Virus record (IMG/VR): IMGVR_UViG_3300032232_001306
Location: 1 to 28,777 of that record
Length of the DNA: 28,777 nt
Direction: 5' to 3' (one strand)
Source: a virus
Lineage: Duplodnaviria > Caudoviricetes
Position numbers and translations under genes: made by a program. Under the pieces are notes generated by a model, which saw only the letters and a list, made by a program, of their open reading frames with translations, searched no databases and was not told where the DNA came from. This document shows, in pieces, positions 1-6,995 of the stretch (its first letter is position 1; each line of letters begins with the position of its first letter).

Positions 1-105
1 CCCAACCTACCAGAAAAGGGTCCAGATTTAAATAAAGAGATGGATAAAAAAGCATCACACTACCAAGAGATTTATTATTCTAACGGTGGTTGGTCAAATG
101 GCTGA
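1..105 (+). CDS. 3' end of an upstream gene (partial, ...KKASHYQEIYYSNGGWSNG*)
   Basis: Frame 1 is open from the window edge to TGA 103-105, overlapping the next ATG at 98. Confidence 0.6.
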   Translation, partial: PNLPEKGPDLNKEMDKKASHYQEIYYSNGGWSNG

Positions 106-886
106 GATGCATAAATATTTAACTGGTTTTGAAAACTATACAAAGCCATTGCCATTCTATATAGATAATCTTTTTACTGCCGAACAAGATGCAGAGATAA
201 GAAGAAGAATTGAAGAGAATAGACTTATCGAACCTTTCTTTATTGGTGATAAAGTTGAAGATGGATATATTCGTCAATCAGAATTTAAAAGTCGATATCA
301 ACCAAAGATCCCACGAAACATGTCAAGGATGTTAATTGAATTTGACATGCCAGAAGATTGCGAAAAGCGTTTAGATGAAATTGCAAAGCCACTCTATAAT
401 GGTGACATAGCCCTTTGTCACTGGAACTATATTGATTATAATATAAACTATGGGTATGGAGATAACTCCCCAGCCTTGCAACCACACTTAGACGATTATG
501 TATATCTTATAACTATTAACTACTGCCCAAACACAAACATAGACTGGGACCTTTATGTAAGTAACTGGGATGATACCAACAATTTTACAAAATATTCCTT
601 GAAGGGCGGACAGACAATTGTCTTTAGTGCTGTTAATCAAATACATTGGCGACCAAAACGTAAGTTTAAAGAAGGTGAGTTTTGTGAGATTATAAGCATG
701 GACTATTGCCCTACAACAAGTTATCGATTTACTGGTGAAGATAATCCTATTGATCCAGAAAAAAATAAAGACAAAAGAAAAAAATATTTAGATGAGTTAC
801 AATCAAGACAGGATATGCAGTCAGCATTTAGAAAATGGAATGAAGACGGAATTTTAGATGGTATATCAATAGAATCGATGGGATAA
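98..886 (+). CDS. 2OG-Fe(II) oxygenase superfamily protein
   Basis: HxD (PHLD), downstream IHWRP, and the 'ITINY...WDLYV...GQTIVFS' beta-strand pattern; ATG 98 preferred over GTG 86. Confidence 0.7.
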   Translation: MAEMHKYLTGFENYTKPLPFYIDNLFTAEQDAEIRRRIEENRLIEPFFIGDKVEDGYIRQSEFKSRYQPKIPRNMSRMLIEFDMPEDCEKRLDEIAKPLYNGDIALCHWNYIDYNINYGYGDNSPALQPHLDDYVYLITINYCPNTNIDWDLYVSNWDDTNNFTKYSLKGGQTIVFSAVNQIHWRPKRKFKEGEFCEIISMDYCPTTSYRFTGEDNPIDPEKNKDKRKKYLDELQSRQDMQSAFRKWNEDGILDGISIESMG

Positions 887-887
887 A

Positions 888-1193
888 ATGGAACAAAATA
901 ATACAACAATAGATATGATAAATGGTCTTTCAGAGATTGCAGACTATATGAACGATGAAGAACTTACAACTGCTTTAACTTTTATTGCAAAAGTAATTCT
1001 TAAGCCAGACATTCCTCTGAATGTTGCCACTATTGAAATAGTTAGACTTCAAGCCATCGCAGCAAAGATGGCCCTCAAGGCAACTTGGATGGCAAATGTT
1101 GATAAATCAGATCGAGGTAAAAAGAATATTTATTATACTGCAGCCGAAGCAATAAACAATTTGGTATCTGCTCTTAAATACACAACAAAGTAA
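888..1193 (+). CDS. hypothetical phage protein (helical)
   Basis: 101-aa ORF coupled to the upstream stop, normal codon usage. Confidence 0.7.
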   Translation: MEQNNTTIDMINGLSEIADYMNDEELTTALTFIAKVILKPDIPLNVATIEIVRLQAIAAKMALKATWMANVDKSDRGKKNIYYTAAEAINNLVSALKYTTK

Positions 1194-1197
1194 TTTC

Positions 1198-1206
1198 TGC
1201 TATACT
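1198..1206 (+). promoter_or_regulatory. extended -10 promoter (TGcTATACT)
   Basis: Intergenic, about 25 nt before ATG 1231; the motif recurs through the window. Confidence 0.55.
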
Positions 1207-1230
1207 TATACTAAACGGAAACGAGAAAAA

Positions 1231-2046
1231 ATGACTAAAAGTTTATTACAATCAATAATGATTAAGAGTGATCCTAAAGAAGTAGATACTTTTGATACAG
1301 AGTCCATGATTCAAAAAATTCAATCTGGATATCTTGAAGGTCGTGGTCCAAAGCATACACAAAAGAAGACCTTTGCGCCTTCTACAATTGCATATGGGCA
1401 TGGGGAGTGTGCAAGATACTGGTATTTGGCTTTTGATGGGCAAACATTTGAAGATAACAACGATGCCTATGGTGTAGCCAACATGACTGCTGGTACAAAG
1501 TCACATGATAGAATTCAAGACGCAATGATGGCTTCTGGCATTGCTCAAATATTTAAAGATGATTCGGGCAATCCAACAACAGAGTTTAAAATTATCAACC
1601 AAGATCCACCTATCTTTGGATATGGAGATGCAATGCTTAACTGGCAGGGCGAAGAGATGGTTGGCGAAATTAAAACAATGATGAATGAGGGATTTGAATA
1701 TAGAAAGAATAAAAGAAAAGCAAAGAGCGGACACCTAATACAGATATTAATCTATATGAAAATTTTAAAGAAAGCAAAAGGTGTTCTAATCTATGAAAAT
1801 AAAAACAATCATGAATTACTGGTTTTACCAGTAGAAGTTAACGATCATTACCGTCGGTGGGTAGACCAGGCATTTGATTGGATGAGAGAAGTACGTAGGG
1901 CTTGGGTTGAAAGAACTTTACCTAAGAAAAACTACAGATCAAATTCAAAAATATGCAAGTCATGCCCAGTTCAAAAAGCATGTGCGTCAGCAGGCGAAGG
2001 GGATCTAAAAATTAAACCCTTGGAGCCACTGGATGAAGAATTGTAA
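1231..2046 (+). CDS. Cas4-like / PD-(D/E)XK exonuclease with Fe-S cysteines
   Basis: PSTI...C-R-WY, GT..H, G.GD...EIKT and Q..IY motifs; C-terminal CKSCPVQKAC. Confidence 0.85.
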   Translation: MTKSLLQSIMIKSDPKEVDTFDTESMIQKIQSGYLEGRGPKHTQKKTFAPSTIAYGHGECARYWYLAFDGQTFEDNNDAYGVANMTAGTKSHDRIQDAMMASGIAQIFKDDSGNPTTEFKIINQDPPIFGYGDAMLNWQGEEMVGEIKTMMNEGFEYRKNKRKAKSGHLIQILIYMKILKKAKGVLIYENKNNHELLVLPVEVNDHYRRWVDQAFDWMREVRRAWVERTLPKKNYRSNSKICKSCPVQKACASAGEGDLKIKPLEPLDEEL

Positions 2047-2317
2047 TTGGTGCGATAACCAGTTTTCTGGAACCGTATCCTATCAAATTTATTGTTCTGT
2101 AACTTGCAGAGAGCAAGCAACAAAGCAAAAAATTGCTACTAGATATTTATACTCAAGAAGACAGAAAAGAAAAGGAAAAGACCGCAAGTGCAAATCTTGC
2201 GATCAGCAACTTTCTATATATAATGATGATGCATTATGTAATACATGTGCTATCAATCCAAAAGATGTATCAAAAATTCTTAAAGAGATAAAGGATCTTT
2301 CAAATGGTAAAGAATAA
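2033..2317 (+). CDS. Cys-rich zinc-finger protein
   Basis: CxxC, YCSxxC, CxxC, CxxC. Confidence 0.7.
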   Translation: MKNCNWCDNQFSGTVSYQIYCSVTCREQATKQKIATRYLYSRRQKRKGKDRKCKSCDQQLSIYNDDALCNTCAINPKDVSKILKEIKDLSNGKE

Positions 2318-2900
2318 GTGGGGACTTGAGTTACCACCAAAAACTATTTGTGCTATTGATGCTAGTACTAATAATTTTGCCTTTGCTCTTTTTGATACCC
2401 AAGAAAAAACTTTGGGCTCTGTTGGTAAGATTAATTTTGTTGGAAACGATACTTATCAAAAAGTTATGGATGCTGGAAATAAGGTAAAGGCTTTTTTTGA
2501 CTACTATGGTGGTTTTGAGGCAATTATTATTGAGCATACTGTATTTATGAATAGCCCAAAAACTGCTGCAGATCTTGCTCTTGTTCAAGGAGCAATACTA
2601 GGTTCAGCAGGTCAGGCAGGAACAAAAGTAATTGGTAAAGTTGCACCTATCACATGGCAAAACTTTATTGGAAATAAGAAAATATCTAAAGATGAAAAAC
2701 TATATATTAAAGCACAAAACCCAGGGAAGTCAGAATCGTGGCTTAAGTCATATGAAAGAGATTTAAGAAAGCAAAGAACTATTAGATATATTAATACCAT
2801 ATATGATAGAACTATTACTGATAATGATGTAGCGGATGCCTGTGGTATAGGTCATTGGGCACTATCAAACTGGGGCAAGGCTATAGGAGTTGACAAATAA
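2304..2900 (+). CDS. RuvC-like Holliday junction resolvase
   Basis: ICAIDAS, IIIE, 'LALVQGAI' and DxADAxxI catalytic pattern. Confidence 0.85.
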   Translation: MVKNKWGLELPPKTICAIDASTNNFAFALFDTQEKTLGSVGKINFVGNDTYQKVMDAGNKVKAFFDYYGGFEAIIIEHTVFMNSPKTAADLALVQGAILGSAGQAGTKVIGKVAPITWQNFIGNKKISKDEKLYIKAQNPGKSESWLKSYERDLRKQRTIRYINTIYDRTITDNDVADACGIGHWALSNWGKAIGVDK

Positions 2901-2918
2901 CGCTATGGCTGCTAAACT
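2890..2918 (+). promoter_or_regulatory. sigma-A-type promoter TTGACA-N17-TAAACT
   Basis: TTGACA 2890-2895, TG 2910-2911, TAAACT 2913-2918. Confidence 0.55.
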
Positions 2919-3060
2919 ATATACAAGTGAGACATTTATGCGTAAGAGGTATGTTATGGATAAAAAAACACCAGAAGAGATTGCAAAGGAGTGCGGAGTT
3001 AGTTTAGAAACTATCTACGTATATCTTGCAAAATTTGGATTAAGGAAATCAAAACGATGA
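2905..3060 (+). CDS. small helix-turn-helix DNA-binding protein (51 aa)
   Basis: Manual translation MAAKLYTSETFMRKRYVMDKKTPEEIAKECGVSLETIYVYLAKFGLRKSKR; EIAxxxGVSxxTI HTH signature. Confidence 0.8.
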   Translation: MAAKLYTSETFMRKRYVMDKKTPEEIAKECGVSLETIYVYLAKFGLRKSKR

Positions 3061-3191
3061 AAAAAACAAATAAAGCATTAGTTATTTTGTCATTAGTCAT
3101 GTCTGCTGGTTTTGCATATACACTATTCACACTTAAAAATTTGCCAGAAGGCTTTGATTGGGATCTAGAAGAGGATATAGATAATGCTTAA
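3057..3191 (+). CDS. small membrane protein (44 aa)
   Basis: MKKTNKALVILSLVMSAGFAYTLFTLKNLPEGFDWDLEEDIDNA; ATGA overlap with the upstream stop; one TM helix. Confidence 0.6.
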   Translation: MKKTNKALVILSLVMSAGFAYTLFTLKNLPEGFDWDLEEDIDNA

Positions 3192-3519
3192 GCCAGTATT
3201 CAATGATGTAAAAAACTTTAATTGCAGCGATCTTTATTTAAAGTCATTGAGCGCACCAGCAGGTAATAAAATTTGGTCAACCTGCCATGAGATTGCCCAT
3301 ATGCTAATTGATAAAAATATTTCTTATGGAAACTCTGCTCTTGAACCAGCAAGAATATTTTCAACTGCAGACTCAACAGAGCAACTAAAAGTACGTATTG
3401 ATGATAAACTAAATAGAGTTAAAAATAATCAAGGCTATGCTGGAGATAATGATATTGATGATTTAATTGGATATCTGGTTCTTTATAAAATTGCAAAGGG
3501 GCAACAAGATGTCAACTGA
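3184..3519 (+). CDS. DUF1599-like nucleotide-modification-associated helical protein
   Basis: KNxxYGNS...RIDDKLNR...DxxDLIGY pattern. Confidence 0.7.
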   Translation: MLKPVFNDVKNFNCSDLYLKSLSAPAGNKIWSTCHEIAHMLIDKNISYGNSALEPARIFSTADSTEQLKVRIDDKLNRVKNNQGYAGDNDIDDLIGYLVLYKIAKGQQDVN

Positions 3520-4042
3520 TGAAGATTTAATTAAACATTTAGATCAGATTAATCTTGTTGTAGAAGAATATTTAAAGGGGAATGATCCAACCGTAATCTC
3601 AAAACAACTTGCAATTCCAAGGCAAAAAGTTGTTACACTTATTAATGAGTGGAAAGTTATGGCTTCTGCTAACGATGCAATTCGTGCCCGTGCTAAAGAA
3701 GCCTTGTCATCAGCAGATGCACATTTTGATATATTAAAGCAAAATGCCTGGGAAGTTGTACAAGAAACTACAATTAATAATAACCCTAGTGCAAGACTAA
3801 CAGCCCTAAAGTTACTTATGGATATCGATACAAAGCGTATTGACATGTTGCAGAAGGCAGGACTTTTGGAAAATAAAGAACTTGCAGAAGAGATGGTGGA
3901 GATTGAGCATAAGCAGGAAATTTTAATGTCTATATTAAAAGACATTGCCTCAGAGTATCCACAGATTCGTGATGAAATTATGAAAAGACTTTCATCAATT
4001 GCAAAAAGAGATGAAGTAATTACGGTTATACACGATGTTTGA
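3509..4042 (+). CDS. putative terminase small subunit
   Basis: Helical protein with an N-terminal HTH-like segment directly upstream of and overlapping TerL; ATG 3509 preferred over 3467. Confidence 0.6.
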   Translation: MSTDEDLIKHLDQINLVVEEYLKGNDPTVISKQLAIPRQKVVTLINEWKVMASANDAIRARAKEALSSADAHFDILKQNAWEVVQETTINNNPSARLTALKLLMDIDTKRIDMLQKAGLLENKELAEEMVEIEHKQEILMSILKDIASEYPQIRDEIMKRLSSIAKRDEVITVIHDV

Positions 4043-5831
4043 TGAATTTCTTGATGCTTTAAAATCTAGTCATTTTGATGAGATACCCGTAGATGCCAAA
4101 ACATTTGTTGAGGGCGAAGATTTTCTTGGTCAACCAGGTCTTTCAGACATACAATATGACATTGTAGAGGCAATGAGTCAGATATATAAAAAAGAAGATC
4201 TCATTGATTTAATGGGTGAAGAAGAAGGAGCAAGATATTACGATAAGTATACAAAAAACGAAATCATTTTGCAACTTGGCAAGGGATCTGGAAAAGACTT
4301 TACATCAACAGTAGCATGCTCATATATAGTATATAAACTGTTGTGCCTTAAAGATCCAGCAAAGTATTTTGGTAAACCCTCTGGATATGCTATTGATCTA
4401 ATCAATGTGGCTATTAACGCACAACAAGCAAAGAATGTTTTCTTTAAAGGTTTTAAAACAAAGATTGAAAAGTCTCCATGGTTTTCTGGAAAATATTATG
4501 CTAAAGCAGACTCAATTGAATTTAATAAATCTATTACCGTCTACTCTGGACACTCAGAACGTGAATCACACGAGGGTTTAAACCTTTTGCTTGCAGTGCT
4601 TGATGAGATTTCTGGTTTTGCATCAGAAATTGGTAGTGGAAATGATCAAGGCAAGACGGCTGACAATATCTATAAGGCATTTCGTGGATCCGTTGATTCT
4701 CGTTTCCCTGACCTTGGCAAGGTGGTTTTGCTATCATTCCCTAGATATCCAGGTGACTTTATTTCAGAGAAGTATGATGCGGTTATATCAGAAAAAGAAG
4801 AAATTGAAAGAACACATAAATTTGTAATTAATCCTATTTTACCAGATGATAGCCCAGATAATACTTTTGAAATTTCATGGGATGAAGACCATATTATTTC
4901 ATACAAATACCCAGGAGTATTTGCATTAAAAAGACCAACATGGGAAGTAAACCCTACAAGAAAAATTGATGATTTTAAAATTGCTTTTATGACTGATCTT
5001 GGGGATGCAATGATGCGCTTTGCATGTGTGCCAACTTTTGCATCAGATGCATTCTTTAAGCAACAAGAAAAAGTCAGGTCATGTATGACATTAAGAAATC
5101 CTATTGACACATTTAAAAGGTTTGATGAATCTTTTAAACCAGATCCAACCAAAAAATATTATGTACACGCTGACCTTGCACAGAAGCACGATAAATGTGC
5201 AGTAGCAATTGCTCATGTAGAAAAATGGGTAAACATACAAGTCATTAACAACTATGAACAGGTAGCACCAATTGTAGTGGTAGATGCAGTAGTATGGTGG
5301 GAGCCAAAAGTTGAAGGGCCAGTTAATCTTTCAGAAGTAAAGCAATGGATTCAAAATCTTAGAAGGCTTGGCTTTGACATAGGCATGGTCTCATTTGACA
5401 GATGGCAGTCATTTGATATCCAGAATGAATTAAATCAGGTAGGAATGAGAACTGATACTGTTTCTGTTGCTAAAAAACATTATGAAGATATGGCAATGCT
5501 TGTGTATGAAGAAAGATTGGTCATGCCGTCAATCGAACTTTTGTTTGATGAACTAACACAGTTAAAAATTATGAAAAATGATAGAGTTGATCACCCCCGC
5601 AAGAAGTCAAAGGACTTGGCTGATGCTGTGTGTGGAGCAATATTTGGGGCAATATCGCATACCCCAAAAAGTATGAATACTGAAATAGAGATTCATACTT
5701 ATAGAGATAGACCAAAGACTCCAGAAGAGCAATTTGACATGGATTCTCGCAATGTGATACAATATAAACCTACCATAAAAGATGAAGATATTTCTGATTC
5801 TGATATTATGGATAGATTAAAAACACTATAA
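4035..5831 (+). CDS. terL: terminase large subunit
   Basis: Walker A GKGSGKD, Walker B AVLDE, coupling motif LLSFPR, nuclease domain HADLA...D, FDRWQS, KDLADA. Confidence 0.93.
   Translation: MFDEFLDALKSSHFDEIPVDAKTFVEGEDFLGQPGLSDIQYDIVEAMSQIYKKEDLIDLMGEEEGARYYDKYTKNEIILQLGKGSGKDFTSTVACSYIVYKLLCLKDPAKYFGKPSGYAIDLINVAINAQQAKNVFFKGFKTKIEKSPWFSGKYYAKADSIEFNKSITVYSGHSERESHEGLNLLLAVLDEISGFASEIGSGNDQGKTADNIYKAFRGSVDSRFPDLGKVVLLSFPRYPGDFISEKYDAVISEKEEIERTHKFVINPILPDDSPDNTFEISWDEDHIISYKYPGVFALKRPTWEVNPTRKIDDFKIAFMTDLGDAMMRFACVPTFASDAFFKQQEKVRSCMTLRNPIDTFKRFDESFKPDPTKKYYVHADLAQKHDKCAVAIAHVEKWVNIQVINNYEQVAPIVVVDAVVWWEPKVEGPVNLSEVKQWIQNLRRLGFDIGMVSFDRWQSFDIQNELNQVGMRTDTVSVAKKHYEDMAMLVYEERLVMPSIELLFDELTQLKIMKNDRVDHPRKKSKDLADAVCGAIFGAISHTPKSMNTEIEIHTYRDRPKTPEEQFDMDSRNVIQYKPTIKDEDISDSDIMDRLKTL
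5734..5763 (+). promoter_or_regulatory. promoter inside the terL 3' end (TTGACA-N18-TACAAT, with TG)
   Basis: TTGACA 5734-5739, TG 5755-5756, TACAAT 5758-5763; about 85 nt before ATG 5848. Confidence 0.55.
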
Positions 5832-5847
5832 CAAGAAAAGAGATAAA

Positions 5848-6888
5848 ATGAATTCATTCAAGAAAGTATCGCTAATCATCGCTGCAGCCCTGACTAGCAC
5901 AATGCTTGTAGCAACATCTGCAAGCGCTGCCACGACAACCCTAACGGTTGCGGGTTCTGCAGCAACAGGTGGTACAGTAGCAACAACTCCTGTAGCACTT
6001 CCAGTACCAGCAGATAACAGTATCGATGCAGCAGATGCATTGAAGATTGCTGTTTCATCTGTAGATACAGGCACAGCAGTTTCAGCAGTTGCAGTAAATG
6101 CAACAATCGTTCCTGCTCTTGCAACATCAACCGCACCAGTGACAGCGTCATCTGGATCATCATCACTAACAATTAATACAGGAACAGGAACAACAGCAGA
6201 CTTCTATGTTTACACAAAGACTACTGCAGTTGGAACAGTTGTTGTAACAGTTGGTGGAAATTCAACAACATATTATGTACAAGGTACCGCAGGTGCTTTG
6301 AACTCAATCACTCTGACTGCCCCAGCATCTGGCGCAGCAGCAACAGTTGCGACTCTTAAGGTAACAGGATACGACGTATTCGGTAACGTAAAGGGTGGAG
6401 CAACAATCAATACTTTGGTAAGCGCAAATGGTGCAGCAACTGCAACAGCACTTACAACAGATACAGCAGTAGCAACACTTGGAACTAAGGAGCAGACAGT
6501 TACACTTCCTGCTTCAGGTTCAGTAACTGTTACAGCATATGCAACAGTAGCAACAGCAGTAACTGGTCTTTCAGCACCAGTTGGTTCTGTAGTTGCAACA
6601 GTAGTAGTTCGTGATCTTGCAGGAGAACTTGCAGCAGTTAACGCACAACTAGCAGTAGCAAATGCAGCACTTGCTGCAGAACGTGCTGGCCGTGCAGCAG
6701 ATAAGGTTGCAGCAGATAAAGCACTTGCAGACGCAAAGGCAACATCTGATTCAGCAACAGTTACTGCAAAGGCAGCATCTGATCTTGCAGCAGCAACAGC
6801 AGCAGCAAAGTACAAGGCGGAATACAATGCACTTGCAACTAAGTGGAACAAAAAGTTCCCTAAGTTAAAGGTTGCACTAAAGAAGTAA
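5848..6888 (+). CDS. secreted Ala/Thr/Val-rich surface protein (Ig-like beta region, coiled coil, basic C-terminus)
   Basis: Sec signal MNSFKKVSLIIAAAL...SASA; DVFGN motif; Ala-rich helix; ends KWNKKFPKLKVALKK; strong GCA/ACA/GTA codon bias. Confidence 0.8.
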   Translation: MNSFKKVSLIIAAALTSTMLVATSASAATTTLTVAGSAATGGTVATTPVALPVPADNSIDAADALKIAVSSVDTGTAVSAVAVNATIVPALATSTAPVTASSGSSSLTINTGTGTTADFYVYTKTTAVGTVVVTVGGNSTTYYVQGTAGALNSITLTAPASGAAATVATLKVTGYDVFGNVKGGATINTLVSANGAATATALTTDTAVATLGTKEQTVTLPASGSVTVTAYATVATAVTGLSAPVGSVVATVVVRDLAGELAAVNAQLAVANAALAAERAGRAADKVAADKALADAKATSDSATVTAKAASDLAAATAAAKYKAEYNALATKWNKKFPKLKVALKK

Positions 6889-6904
6889 TTTAACTTCATA
6901 AATT

Positions 6905-6936
6905 AGGGGGTTAGCCAAGTGCTAGCCCTCTTTTTT
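6905..6936 (+). terminator. rho-independent terminator
   Basis: AGGGGGTTAGC-caagt-GCTAGCCCTCT followed by a T-run. Confidence 0.85.
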
Positions 6937-6947
6937 GTTTAATAAAA

Positions 6948-6956
6948 TGGTATAAT
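6948..6956 (+). promoter_or_regulatory. extended -10 promoter TGgTATAAT
   Basis: Perfect extended -10 just after the terminator. Confidence 0.65.
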
Positions 6957-6995
6957 CATCCTAGCAGACATTGTTTGCATAAGGGGGAAAGGTAA

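Noticed and set aside
1231-2046. Cas4-like gene as part of a CRISPR-Cas system
   Set aside because: No repeat-spacer array and no cas1/cas2; solo Cas4-like nucleases beside RuvC are ordinary phage recombination genes
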